Source: the human T2T-CHM13v2.0 reference genome, Homo sapiens. Taken from it: a DNA stretch of 64,000 nt. A model generated the notes under the pieces. The model was not told the origin of the DNA, ran no database searches, and worked only from the letters and a program-made list of their open reading frames with translations. The stretch lies in assembly GCF_009914755.1 (NCBI RefSeq), contig NC_060941.1. One strand, written 5' to 3'. The translations under genes and the position numbers were made by a program. Within the stretch, counting starts at the first letter, position 1; each line of letters opens with the position of its first letter. Of the stretch, positions 26,781 through 48,494 are shown piece by piece.

Positions 26781-27435
26781 TGAAGCCAGTGTAAACTGCC
26801 CGAAGCAATTAGCAGGAGGTTGTATCACTGGCTCCCATGCAGAAACACAAAGGCTTAGAGCTGGGCCTCAGGCACAGTTGGATCTAGATTCACCAGTGAT
26901 GTCACCTGGAAACTGTCCCTCTCCATCTCCCAGGTCGGCTTTCCTCTGCCATAGCTTCGCCCTCAGGCAGGCTCTCTCTAGCGGTAGCAGAAATGGCTGC
27001 AGCCAGCTCCAGGAAAAGGCCGGGGCTGGATGGCCTTGGCCTGGTTGGGTCTTGTCCCAACCGGGTCTGGACCAACTAGGGTGTGCATGCGGTGTTTGAC
27101 CAGCCCTGAGCAGGTCAGGCCCATCGCTGAGCCACATACAGCAAGAGTGATGAAGGGGTAGAATCCAAGATGCTTCCACAAAGAGAAGAGAAAGTGGGTG
27201 CTGAGCAGGCAACAGCACTGGATGGCAGCCTGGGGACAGAACTAGATTCCAATCCAGTTCCATCTGACTCCAGGGTGCTGCTGTCAGTCACTGTGCTGAG
27301 AAGAGTCCCGGGTGTGGCCAGGACCTGTACTGGGTGCCTAACTCACTCCCAGGCGAGTCCTTCCCGGAAGGGGGGCACCGTGAAGGCACAGGCCCTCTGT
27401 AGAAAATAGGACACGGGCGGGGGAACAGCTTGCTT

Positions 27436-28211
<776 letters not shown>

Positions 28212-28479
28212 TAGGAAACATCACCACCCCCATCAGGAGGGAAGCTCGAGGCTCAAAGTCCTCCAGACCCAGGAGTCATGGGTCTTAATCCCTCACTTAG
28301 AGAGGAGAGAACTGAGGGCCAGGGAGGGGAATGACCCCTGAGCTTCCTGTCCCTGTCCTGGGTACCTCTGGTCTCACCTCCAGTCTCCTTTGATTGACAT
28401 TGTATTTTTAGATGGGTAATACATTCATATGGTTCAAAATTCAGTCGTGAAAAGAGTTTACTGAGAAATGTCTGTCTTT

Positions 28480-30269
<1,790 letters not shown>

Positions 30270-30823
30270 TGATTTTTATCCCTTAATATGTATTAGACTG
30301 TCAGACTGTCCTCTATCAGCCTTGAAAGGGCTCTCGCTCTCTCCCTTCCAGTGTTCCTTTGGACAGATGCGCCAGCACCTATGTGCCCCATTGCTGCATT
30401 TTGCACCGTGTACCTGTCAGGGTTCTGTGCAAGGCGAATCCACCTCAGGTGGTTCAAGCCAAAAGGGATTTTAACATAAGGAATCAGGAATTCATAAAAT
30501 CATTGGAAAAGATTCATGGGCTTGAGAAAAACAATCACTGGGAGAGATGGAAGGTCAAAGCTTTCTGGGGTAAGGCCACGCCTCCACCACAGTCCCCGAT
30601 CCTCCCCACTCCCACACCCACAAATCAGGCACTGAGATGGCAGAATGGGAAATGGAGCCACTGCCAACCAGTGCTTCTGCTGGAACCCACTTTCATACCC
30701 ATGCAGCTGCAGAAAGACAAGAGTCTGTCTTCCTTCCACTTTCCAATCCCACAAGAACGCATTGATTTGCAGAGAGAAAGTCACATCTAGAGAGAACCTG
30801 GGAAAGAGTTTCTAGCTTTCCCA

Positions 30824-31548
<725 letters not shown>

Positions 31549-31667
31549 CCAACCATCTAAAAAAAAGATTAAAGGAGCTGATTCCACCAGCCAGCATCTT
31601 GCTGATCTTCCACACCATGGCATAAAAAGCAGCAAGAGCTTTCACCTAATGCTATACAACTGTGCCC

Positions 31668-31670
<3 letters not shown>

Positions 31671-31702
<32 letters not shown>
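31671..31702. repeat. (CA)n microsatellite
   Basis: About 16 perfect AC units. Confidence 0.97.
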
Positions 31703-31705
<3 letters not shown>

Positions 31706-32112
31706 CTCCCCAGAATGAAAAACCTGATGTTCTGATCAGTCACTCTCCAGCTGTGGGTGGTGCTCACTCCTCTTCTGGGCAGAAATCCCATGAGATTAAT
31801 TAAAGTCACCCATCCCCAGGGCCCCCAGAGGTATAAGTATCATTTGCAATATAGATTTTTCCAATAGTGCCCTCTTGGAATTGTGCAGTGTGCAGCCTGG
31901 ACAACACTATGTGGTGACCCTGGGTCCTATACTTTATGTAGAATAGTAAGGAAAAAAAAAAGAGGGAAAAAAGGAAATTAGTTAACATAAACAAAAATGA
32001 ACAGGATAAAGGGGAAAGGTGTATGGTGGTCCCTCACTCTGCCATAGTTTCTACTGATAACTTCCTCCTTCCACCATCTAGCCATAATCCCTCCCCCTTG
32101 GCCAGCACCTCA

Positions 32113-32631
<519 letters not shown>

Positions 32632-32679
32632 TCAGCTTCCAAAGTCTAGGATTTGGTATCTGATAGTAAGAGCAGTGGC

Positions 32680-33450
32680 CAATGCGGGGGTCTCCAGGCA
32701 GGGCCCTGAGCACCGCGCCAGGTTAATGCTCCTCGCAGCTCTTGGGCAGGACTGACTGTTGGAGGCTTGTCCAGCAGGGACAGGAATGAGGGGACCGAGG
32801 ACCCAGGCATGATGGGGCGGGGGCGCGGGGACCTGCAGCCCAGCGGGCTCGGACGACCTCGGACCCCCGCCGCTCCACGGGCAGGAAGGGAGCCCGGAGC
32901 GGCGCGGGTGCGCATTGATCGTGGTGCGGATGCAGCCGCTGCGGCGCGGCCCCGGCTTCTCTGCGAGCCCGTGCCCGGGCCGGGCTGTCGGGAACTCGGC
33001 CCGGCTCCACTTGCTCGCGCTTACTGGAAACGTGCTCCCGAGCGGCGCAAGGCTCGGCGGCTGGAGCCCGGGGCGGCCCTTGGCCGAGGGCAGGGCCGAG
33101 CCAGGTGCTCGGGCGCCCCAGGCTGCCGCGCCCTGCTGGGCCACCCTGGGCGCGTGCCACCCCCGGGGACCCGTCCCGTCCTGAGGGCGCCCAGGGCCTC
33201 CCAGCGCCGCTCTCCCCAGGGTGAGCGGGAGGAGGGAGGGAGCTGGGGGCAGCCCGGGGAAGCCGTGGGGCGGGCTTTCAGCAGCTGCGAGGCGAACCCG
33301 CCTCCCTTCCCGGTATTCTCGCGGCCACCCGGTGGAAGGTGGCGCCACGCCAGGGCCAGGCGGAGGCGGGGAGCCAAGCCCGCAGCCACGCCCTGCCCAG
33401 GGCGCAGGTGGGCTCGGCTGGAGGAGGTGCTGGGGGTGGGTGTGTCTCCT
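32680..33450. promoter_or_regulatory. CpG island with GC boxes
   Basis: Dense CpG; GGGGCGGGGG at ~32814; no recognisable coding exon. Confidence 0.85.
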
Positions 33451-34594
33451 GACACAGGAAGAGCTGCCTCCTGGCTGCCCCAGTCACAGAAATGTTTATT
33501 GAGCACCTACTAGGCAAGGTGCGACCACTGCAGTGGGGGTGGGGGCACTTTTCTCCCCGGGCGTGTATATTTATTTATTTATAAACCATAGGCACTTTAT
33601 TACTGGGTTTATATATTATGTATCCATAGAAGTTGAGATTTAAAGAGGATGAATTAAAAAATAGAAACAGAGGGGTTGTTTTCCTTTCCGTATGCCAGTG
33701 AGTTGTCTTATACATGTCCCACTTTGGAGACCTGGGTTTAGTGGCTGTATCCTGCTGGGCGCCCCCCTCCCCAGAGCTGGAGACAAAACCCCCACCCGCC
33801 CCCTGGTTCACATCATCCTGCCTCATGAGGCCCAGGGCTGAGCTGTTTTCAGGGCCCTGGTCTCGGCTTCACAGCCTGCAGTGGAGTGTAGCAGATGGCA
33901 GACTAGGGTAAGTGAGGATGCCTTGAGATCTGGGTTCAAATCTTGCGTCTGCTGCTCCCTGGCCCAGTGACCTCGCACCTCTCTGAGCCTCAGTTTCTTC
34001 TTCTGTAAAATAAAGGGAGTAGCATCTCCCTCTTGCCCGGAGGTGGGCCTGGGGGCTGCAGGCTGCCCTCCTGATCTGCTCTGCTGCCAGATGGGCACAG
34101 ATAGGCGGGGGGATGACAGCCCTGAGTGAACCCAGAAGGCAAAGTGGTTAGGAACACACCCCAGAGGCCAGGCAGGGTCCTGCAGGGTCCTGCAGATTCA
34201 GAGAAAGAACCCATTTATCCTGGGGTCTGGCAGAGATTATGGTTCCGGTAAAGGGTGGTCATTAGTAAAGTCCATGTCATGCAGCCGAGGGCCTGTGGGA
34301 AAGGTAGGGTTCAAGGAGGAGTTAGTGGGAGAGGAGAGTGAGGAATCAGAGTTGGTCAGTCAGACAGTCAGTCAACAAACACAAACTGAGCATGGCCTCT
34401 GTGCCAGGCATGGTTTTAGGCTGTGGATAACCAAGGAGCTTGCTCAGCAGCCTGGGGTTCTTTGCAGCCCAGGGTGTCCCTGTCAGGAGTGGGCACTGTG
34501 TCTCTGAGGAGCAGTGGAGTCACCTGCAGGCCAAGGCTGGGAAACCCTCAGGAGTGTGGGGGAGGCCACCCCCTGAGGTGTGGTCCCCCCCTGG

Positions 34595-34760
34595 GTAGAG
34601 AGTGACTCAGGCCCCGCCCAGCCTCCCCACTGCCTGGGTTTGGTTTGTTTAAGAACAAATTAGTCACAGAGCAGGCAGCTTTCCCGAAAATAAAATGAGA
34701 ATCCCCAGGAAACAGGGAAAATGGAAGGCGGGCGGTGAGTCAGCACGTGCTGCCCCCCGG
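34595..34760. promoter_or_regulatory. Enhancer-like module: AP-1, forkhead, ARE/MARE plus E-box
   Basis: TGACTCA 34603-34609; TGTTTAA; TGAGTCAGCA 34736-34745 overlapping CACGTG 34744-34749. Confidence 0.55.
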
Positions 34761-35929
34761 GGCTCCAGTTTCCAAAAGGGCCTCCTGCCCTGCTCCTCCT
34801 CCTCCTCCTGGGCTCTCTCTTTCTCTTTTACTTTTCCTCTGGTCCCCTGTTGACTTTTTCCCTCACCGAACTCACTGAATCTCAGTCCTCACACACGCGC
34901 ACCCACTCACTTCCTGCCCCTTATCGTTTCCCTCCCTGCATCTGTCTGTCTGTCCAGCCTCGATCTGTGCACCCACTGGCTCCTTTGGTGTTTACAGAGC
35001 ACCTACCAAGTCCAGGCACTGTGCACCACGGGAGGGAGTGGGGAGGCAGAGAAGGCCTAGGTCTCTCCTCCCAGAGCCCTTTCTTGTTGGAAAAGGAGAC
35101 TTGTGCCGGGATGTGGCCAGCCACGGCCGCGCCTGGGTCCCCTTCCCCAGCCCCTGCTCCTGTGGTTGGTTCCCCCGGATGGACAGAGCTGGGCCCCCAA
35201 CAGAGAACGATGCTTGAGGATCCCATTCCAAGCCAATGCCGTCTCTGCCTCCCTCCCGGCTCGGAGCACAAGGCCTGCACGCTGAGGGCGAGTGCGTGGT
35301 GGAGCAGGAGCTTCGGGGCGGTGTTTCTCACCCAGCCATGTCTCCCCTGCCCAGAACCGGGCATCAAGGGGAGTGAACTGCGGGCTGTTTTGAATTTGAG
35401 GGACAAGCTTGGTTGTCCCTTGTTCCCTGCCTCCCCATTCCAAGCCTCCTGTGGCAGAAGGAGGCCAGGCCATATCTTGAGGGAGGATTCTGGGCGTGCC
35501 TGCTTCACCCCAACAGCCCAAGGTCAGGGGAGGGGCTCCAGGCCGCAGGGGGTACAGCAAGGGGAAGCCACTCAGGCCCCTTCCCATCTGGACAAGTCCC
35601 TGAGTGCCAGGGCCCTTTGACTCTCTCCTGTCTCCCTCCTCCCCCATCTCCCAGCTAGAATCCAGGCTCTCCCACCACCCTCTGGGACCCCTGGGGCCGC
35701 TCACTTTCCAGACCCCTCTAATTCGGGCACTGGCCCCTCAGGAGCCGGGGAGGTGGCCCTGTGCCTGGGTCATGGGGCTGGGCTGGGGTCTCCTGCCTCT
35801 CGGGTCACTGTCCAATCTCTGTCTGCAGCTCTCGATGAATAATTTAGTTGTTCGAATTACAGGAAAGAGCTATTTAGCTTCCCTTCCCAAATCGTTAAGA
35901 GCTGATGATACAAGACGTCTTGGTTCCTT

Positions 35930-36170
35930 CTAAGGAAAGTCCCTTTCCCAGTGAAACTGAGCCTTGTGGGCGGGGATTTCTCCCCCTCCAACTCCCTCAC
36001 CAATCATTAACCAATATCCGACAGTAATAGGGTTTTTTCTTTTTTCTTTTTTTTTTTAAGCTCAGCTATATATATTCTAAAGTATATGTCAGTTCTTGGG
36101 AGCAGGGAAGTATAACTGATCTGAAGGGTGGGGTGGGGGTTCTGCTCTGGAAGGAGCCTTGGGTGAGCTA
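35930..36170 (+). promoter_or_regulatory. Candidate kB/GC/CCAAT/TATA promoter module
   Basis: GGAAAGTCCC 35934-35943, GTGAAACTGA, GGGCGGGG 35968-35975, CCAAT at 36000 and 36011, TATATATA 36067-36074. Confidence 0.45.
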
Positions 36171-36287
36171 ATGGTGACCCCAAGTCATAATTGCAGGTCC
36201 CTGGAGGGGATTTAAGATATAGGAAGTAGCACTTCGCAAGCCTGAGAGGAAGAAGCATGGGGTGTAAAACTGTTCAGGTGGTTCAAG

Positions 36288-36475
36288 AGTGCGTGTGCGT
36301 GTGTGCATGTGAGTGTGCATGTGTGTGTGAGAATGTGAATATGCACATGTATGCGTGTGCACGAGGGCGCACACGTGTATGCACAGATGCACACGCATAC
36401 CTGTGTGATTGTGCATGTGTGCGCTGTGCATGTACATATGTGCGTATGTGTGCACGTGTGTGAGTGTGTACGTGT
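36288..36475. repeat. Degenerate (TG)/(TGCA)n alternating purine-pyrimidine tract
   Basis: gtgtgcatgtgagtgtgcatgtgtgtg... Confidence 0.9.
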
Positions 36476-38601
36476 TTATAGGAGCATGACTGCCTGAGCG
36501 GCATGGCTGGAATGTGTGGACCGGGACCAGGTGGGGGTTTGCAGTGCAGGGACAGCACTTCTTGTTTTCAGAGCTGGGAGAGTTGGGGTGGGGAATCTGG
36601 GTAGGGCTGGCCTCCCAGTCAGGTGACTTGCAGGCAGGGAGGGGAGGGGCTTTAGGAAGTTCAGAGAGTGGGAGGGAGGAACAGGGAAGGGCAAGGGTGG
36701 GGACCTTGGCTGGAAGGTTCAATGCAAAGTGAGGCGACATCCAGGATTGAGCATTCTGGATCCTAGACCCAGGGATGGCTGGGAGGTGGGGCTCCCCTGG
36801 GTGAAGGAGCCAGGTGGGTGTGTGAGCCAAGAGTTAGCTGTGGCTGCCAGAGGAGGGGGCTGGAGACGAGGCTGCCAGCCTCAGCCTGGCTGAAGAGGAC
36901 CTCCCAGCACCAGGCCAGGGGAAGGTGGACAGGTAGGGAGAGAAAAAGGAGGGAAGGAATGAGGACTGAGCTAGCAGGTCCCACACTTTGCAGGTGTGGT
37001 GAGGAGGAGAGAGGGAAGAAGGGGGACCCTCTGCAGTCCTGGCTGGCAGGAGGCTTGGCCTGTGCTCTGGCAAGCACACCCTGCCCTGCTGGACTCACTG
37101 GAGGAGTCTGTTCTCTGTGTGCCCGGCAGAGGGATAGACACGCATTTCCCACGACGTCACCCACCCCAGAACCACTTAGCCTGCAGCCTCCCCCAGATTC
37201 CCTGACTTCCCACCTGAGCAAGCCCAGCTGGCCTCCCGCATCCACTCAGGTGCCCTCCGTGTGTTGTCTTCCGGACAGGGGCACCCAACACAGGTGCAAG
37301 CAGTGCGTGCTAGGGCCGGAGAGGAGGACAGTGGAGGCTGCTCCCAGCCTCCTTTTTCTTCCGTACTCCCACCAGCACCTCCACCCCACCTCTGAAACTC
37401 CACCCCAATTCTGGGGAGTGTGGAGATGACTGAGGAAGGGGGGATATTTCCAGAGCCACTCCAACTGGTCCCAGATGCATCAGAGGGTGACCCTGGGAGG
37501 CCAGTCCTTAGGCAGCTGCCTAAGGACCTGACTCTGGAAGGGAACTCAGAGACAAATGAGGAGCAGACCAGCCCCAGCTCCGGGTTTGCAGATCTGGGCA
37601 GAGTGAGGAAAAGGCCGGGAAAGAAAAACCAACCCCCGGAATCTATCTCAGAGAAGCATCTGTCCAGGTAGAGAGGGACCCCAGCCCGACCGCCACCCTC
37701 ACCCAGGGGAGAAGCCTAGCAGCTCCCTCTGGGTTGGGTGTGCATGTGTCATCCCACCAAAGTGTGCTGGGATTGGAATGGGCACGACCTTCCCCCAGAG
37801 AGATCGCCTGGGCAGCCCCGTAAGTGTCCAGGGGTCCCCTGAGAGCATTCTATGGTCCCAGCCTCCCACAGGAGCCCCAACAATGCTCTCTGGCTCCTCA
37901 TCCTCCTTGGTGGCAGCTCCTCTCCCCACCAAAGGGCCATGTGGGTCCCAGCTGTGACCTCAGCACCCCTCAGCCAGATGTGGACCCGCCCCAGACTCCA
38001 TCACTCTCTCTGCTCTCTTCACAGAAGAGAGGTGGAGGGAGGACCCCACGGGCCTCGCTGGTGGCAGGCGGTGGGGATGTAGCGGGGGAGTGTGTGGGGG
38101 GGGTTAGAGTTAGGACAGCAGCCCCTCCCCAAACCCCGATCCCTGAGCCCCAAGCCTGTCTTGGCTCCATGGGGCAAGGGAGGGGTAGTCAAGCCCCACA
38201 GAAGAGAGGCATCCCCCAGTTTCCATGGAGAAGGATCGGGGTGTCCTGATTTGGAGGCTTCCATGCTGTCTGCTGCTCCCTGTGGATACACAGATGGGGC
38301 GCTCTCTGTTCCTCCCTAGTCCCTTCTCTCCTCCCTGCTTGCCTGGGAGGCTTGGGCAGGAGGGCACCTGGATGGTGGCCACTAGACAGAGCCCACCCCC
38401 CGCCGCTTGACCTCTGCCCTCTCCTGGGTGGGAATGGCAGGGCCCTCTTTGGTGTCAGGAGCTGGTGGCCTCTGTGGCCTCTGTCCCGCCCGCTCCCAAC
38501 ACCTGCCTTCCCTTCTCTGCTCCAGCTGCAGTCGGCTTCTGCCAATGCCCAGAACCTTGTAGTCTTTTGCCCGCTGGTTTTGCATGTGCTTCCCCTAGGC
38601 C

Positions 38602-39840
<1,239 letters not shown>

Positions 39841-39976
39841 TACTAGGCTGCTCCATTGGGGAACTCTCTCAAGGTTCAGCGGAAGCCTCCCTTCCCGGAC
39901 CAGGTGAGATGCCCCATAAGACCTGTACTGCCTCTCTTCTGGCAGGCCGCCTAGCACCCTAGGTGCTCAACAACAG

Positions 39977-41370
<1,394 letters not shown>

Positions 41371-42512
41371 CCCGCTGGCTGAGGCAGAGGCACAAAGGGA
41401 GTCCGCACACTGTTTTCCGGGCAGCTGGGCAGCTGGAGAGCCTGGCCTCTGTCCACTGGTCCAGGGCTTTAGGGGATGAGACCGGGCTGTTCCAGGGGTC
41501 CAGGGAGCCCAGCCTGCCTCCATCCCTGGTCTCAGGCTTGCTCGGGAACTGACGGGGGTGCTCCTTGAACTCCATCCACCGAAAGGCCCCTGCCCTTCTG
41601 TGGAGCAGCATTCTTGACGAGTCATTTCTAGGACTGGGCTTATGACTCCTGGTCTTCAGGGATTGAGTCCTGCCTTCTCAGTCATCCCAGGTCAGGGCTA
41701 GAGTTAGTGACTCTGATTCTGTAGTCCCTGGCCCACCCTTCCTGAGCCTTCCTTTGGAGCCATCACTTAGCCCAGCTGGGGCCAGTAACTGCTCTCTCCC
41801 CTGCCCCACCCCCAGCTGTGGACATGTCCCCATGGTCTCAGCCTCTTCTCAGCCCTGCTCCACTCAGCCTCCAGCCAGACCATCTCTGCCAGGCCTTCAT
41901 CTCCCCATGCGTCAGAGGAGGATGACTGCCCGGCACCCTCCCACTCCCAGCGTCAGCCTGGGAATTGGGGCGTGCTCCTGGGCTGGGCCTGATGTACACG
42001 GTGTGCAGCTGTGGGCTCCCTCCCAATCACGGGGTATCTCAGGAGGTTTCTGAGGTTGGGGATGGGGGTGGCCCTCTCCTTTGGATTTGAGGCAGTGGCC
42101 CCAGGACCAGCGGGGTCACTCGGCTCAGCACTCCCTTCCAGTTCTTTCCCACAGAACATCCTGGCTTCAGGGATTCCCATCACGCGGCCAGAGTTCATCG
42201 GAAGTCCCCCTCCCTCATCCCCTGGAGGGAGGAAACAGACCAGGTCATCTGGCTGAGCGGGAGGAGAAGGCTCGGGTTCTGGGGAGGGGAGCCTGGGTGC
42301 GGCAGGGTCCAGGGACAGTTGGCATGGGCGTAAGTGCAGGTATAGAATTCCACATAGGGCCTCACAGCTTTGGGGGCCATGAGATGACAGCGTCACCAAT
42401 ATCAGTGATCATCACCTCCCATCCAGAGGCCGAAGAAGCAGGGCCCTGCCACAGGCAGCCAGGCTGGCTCTGCTGGGGGAACAGGCAGAAGAATTACAAG
42501 GAACCAGATGTG

Positions 42513-42515
<3 letters not shown>

Positions 42516-42549
<34 letters not shown>

Positions 42550-42835
42550 GAAGTCTTGCTCTTGTTGCCCAGGCTGGAGTATAATGGCACACGATCTTGG
42601 CTCACTGCAACCTCTGACTCCCTCTGACTCCTGGGTTCAAGCGATTCTCCTGCCTCAGCCTCCCGAGTAGCTGGGATTACAGGCACCCGCCACCACACCC
42701 AGCTAATTTTTGTATTTTTGGTAGAGACGGGGTTTGCCACGTTGGCCAGGCTGGTCTCGAACTCCTGACCTCATGATCCGCCTGCCTCGGCCTCCTAAAG
42801 TGCTAGGATTACAGGCATGAGCCGCCGTGCCCGGC
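42516..42835 (-). mobile_element. AluS
   Basis: TSD ccagatgtKgttcttt. Confidence 0.95.
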
Positions 42836-43103
42836 TCCAGATGTTGTTCTTTAGAAGAGGCCCCAAAGCCCTCTTCTCTTTCTTCTCTCTCCTTCCTGTG
42901 ACTGCAGCTGAACTGCCCAGGGTCTCCAGCCAGTGAAAGCCAATGTGGTCATGCTGGCCCCTCCTGAAGGCCTCACTCTATGGGCAAAAGCAGCCCTCTG
43001 GTGTCAGTCATATGCAGAGCCACCTGCCAGCTGTCACCAGGAGGATGGGGACATGTTTCCTAGGCTGGGGGCAGGGGCAATGCTGAACACTTGCAGAGCA
43101 AGT

Positions 43104-43292
43104 AGGAAGGAAAGAGGGAGAGTGGAAGGAAGGAAGGAAGGGAGGGAGGGAGGGAGGGGAGAGAGAGAGGGAAGGAGAGAGGGAGGAAAGATGGATAGAA
43201 GGGTAGAGGGGGGAAGGAATAAAATAAAGAAGGGAGAAAGGAGAGAGGAAGGAAGGAGGAAGTGGGAGAGGAGGGAAGGAGAGAGGAGGGAC
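43104..43292 (+). repeat. GA-rich polypurine tract
   Basis: About 190 bp of nearly pure (GGAA/GGAG)n. Confidence 0.92.
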
Positions 43293-43474
43293 AGGGCGCC
43301 ACTTTGTGAGGGGAAGCCGGGCTGAGAAGCGCCACTTGTGTATTTGCTTATTTCTTTGCTCTCCGGTGGAATTTCTCTGTCGTCCCCCCACGTGCCCTTA
43401 TCTGTCTCCTTGCCATCTCCCTGGCTCTGGCCCCAGATCCAGCTGGGATTGGCAGCCCTGTGCCCACAGGCCCG

Positions 43475-43488
43475 GTTGCCTTGGCAAC
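43475..43488. promoter_or_regulatory. RFX X-box
   Basis: GTTGCCTTGGCAAC, a full match to GTTRCCnnGGYAAC. Confidence 0.55.
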
Positions 43489-45329
43489 GCCCCTTTGTTA
43501 GGCACCAGCATCTGAAAATGTCAAACTGTTTCCAGTGGGTCAGACCTGCCTCCCTCCCTTATTTTCCCCTTCTCCTTTTTCAGTTCCAGTTGCCACTGCC
43601 CAAGTTGCAAACTTCCTCTGTCTCCATGGGGATGGAGGAGGGCTGTCTCTCTTTTTCCGTCCCAAACATCTGTCTCTATAAACAGTTGTGTGTGCGGCAC
43701 CTCCTCCTTCTGGGCCCGGGCTTCGGGGAGGAAGTGCTTTGTTGATCTGGAGGGGGTCGGTTTCCTTGCTCCTCTCTCGGGGCTGGCCCCGGTGCTGGAC
43801 GGCTGCAGCCGTGGACTCCGGGAGCTCCAGGCATGTGGCCAGTACTCATGGCTCCTCTGGGGCCAGTGTCTGGAGAGAAGGGCAGAGGTTCTGCTCAGTC
43901 ATCTGGTAGACCTCAGCTTTGCTTTGCTTGCTAGGTTGCCTTAGAGAGGTTACTGAAAGTCTCTGATACCCCTCTGTGCGGTGGGGATTTGTTGAGTGGG
44001 TAATGAGCTGATCTACGCAGAGTGTCAGGAGCAATTCCTGGGTCTTTGCGTCAGAACACTCCTGGAGTTCACGCTCCCAGTGATTCTGCACCCTACGGTG
44101 AAGATGCCATGATCATACTGCGATGATCAGCCCCCTTTGGGAGAATGTTCAGACTCAGAGAGGTTAATCGGCCCAGGGCTTACAGGGACTTGGTGGCAGA
44201 GACAAGATTCCACCCCAGGAGGCAAGCCCAGACATTTTCCAATCCACTGGGACCTCTATCAGAACCCTGGGCCCTCAGTTTGCAAACTGAAAAGCTTAGA
44301 TTCAGTGACCTCCTTCCCAGCTTGAAACTTCTTTATTTCAGGGAAGAGGGTGGGGCGAGCTAAGAAGCTAGAAGCGTTTTGCTGTGAGCCAAGGACGGGA
44401 ATGCACGATGTACGAGCGAGGAGTCAGGGACGGGGACTCCGATGGCCGATGACTCAGACCTGCTTTGCCTGGCTGGGGGAACTGGGCCATGGGAAGAACA
44501 CAGGACTGGCCCCGGCCCAGGCCCAACCCCCGCTTGGCCACGGCGGAGAGCCTGCCCCAGGCCCACCTGGCCGAAGCACCAGCATCATTCCAGGGGCCTC
44601 ACCCTGCCTAACTCCCAAGTCCATGTCCAACACCTTTTCCTGTGTCCACAATTCTCATGTGGTTCAAAGACGTAGATCCATTACTGTTTCCAGATGATCA
44701 AAGCAGCTACCTAATTAACAACCGAGTGAATGTCCAAGTTAGAGCTTTGGCGTTGGAACAGGAAGAACTGGATTTGAATCCAGCTCTACTAATTAGTGGC
44801 TGACTTGGATGGGTTAATCTCTCTGACACTTGTTTATATCATCAGTGAAATGAGTGGCAGGGTAACAGGACCCACTGGAGATGATGCCTACAAAGTGCTT
44901 GGGGTTTTGCGTGGCAAGTGGCTTCAGAAACAAGGAAAGTACCACTGTTGCGATTATTCAGTTGGCTCAGGCAGGCGGAGGCTGTGCTTCCACATCCCAC
45001 AGGGCCCTGTGTCCCCAGAGAGCAGGACACGTAGGAATTTGCCATCTCAGTGCAGTGCACAAGGACAGAAGCAAGGGCAGCAGGGGCAGTCAGGCTGCCG
45101 GGGCAAGGGGCAAGCTTCTGTCCAAAGCAGAAACACTGGCTGGGCCTTCTTTGGTCCAGCAAACCTGGACCTTGGCAGGAAAATGGGTATAACAACGACC
45201 TCAGCTGGCGCTTGCGGGAACCCACGATAGGTGCAGACCCTCAGAGGTGCATGGGGTGTGACTCTCCCTCCACCTCTGTCCAGACCCCAACAATGGGAGA
45301 GGGTGGCAGGTTTTCTGGGTGGGGGATAG

Positions 45330-46722
<1,393 letters not shown>

Positions 46723-46776
46723 AATTTCAAGGTGACTGTAGAGCATTAAACGCCCAAGCACTGAGTGTGGGGCCCT

Positions 46777-46878
46777 GCGTGACAGCCCTGCCCCTGAGTA
46801 TCTAATGTGTGCGTTGACAGCCCTGCCCCTGAGTATCTAATGTGTGCGTGACAGCCCTGCCCCTGAGTATCTAATGTG
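46777..46878. repeat. Minisatellite, 3 x 34 bp
   Basis: Unit gcgtgacagccctgcccctgagtatctaatgtgt; copy 2 has one extra T. Confidence 0.93.
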
Positions 46879-47169
46879 ACTGGCTGTTGTCTCCCGGGAT
46901 ATCTTCCAAGAGACAGAATAACCTGGATCTGAGGATAAATGCCAGGAGGAAGGGAGAATGTATCCATGGTTCCCATCTCCATTAGTCAAAGGTACCTCTA
47001 CAGTGCCTTCACAGCCCAGGCCTCACTGCGCCTAGCGGCTCCTCAGCGTTTCAGGCTCAGCAGCAGCAGGGACACCACAAGTGGCCAGGTACAGCCTGGA
47101 ACCCCTCCCAGGGCTGGCCCTAGAGGCAGGTAAATTGAGGAGCACCTTAGATGGTGCATAAAAAGTGTC

Positions 47170-48250
<1,081 letters not shown>

Positions 48251-48494
48251 GGGGTTTTTTTTGTTTTGTTTTTAAGGGTATGATGCAACCATTATTGCTG
48301 GGGGAGAAAGTACCAGCAAAGAGCCAGTCCTGCTGGCGGTAGGTGGATGGGTGCTGCTGGGAGGACTCTGGGTTCCACAGGAGGAACGTAGCCCAGGGAA
48401 AAGGGAGTTACGGGACTGCAGCGCCAGCTCCCCACTCCTGCCACCATTGGGCTCCAGCTTTCCGGCCTTGTGGCCAGTCTTTCCCTTTGGGGGG

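Noticed and set aside
32632-33517. Overlapping 238-, 248-, 161- and 145-aa ORFs
   Set aside because: CpG-island composition suppresses stops in all frames; Pro/Arg/Gly/Ala-rich with no domain
34850-35704. 256-aa (+) ORF with 195- and 215-aa antisense ORFs
   Set aside because: The 256-aa ORF starts at a non-ATG codon; GC-rich, no recognisable domain or exon boundaries, includes L2-like sequence
46777-46878. Three 34-bp direct repeats as a CRISPR-like array
   Set aside because: No spacers and a mammalian context; an ordinary minisatellite
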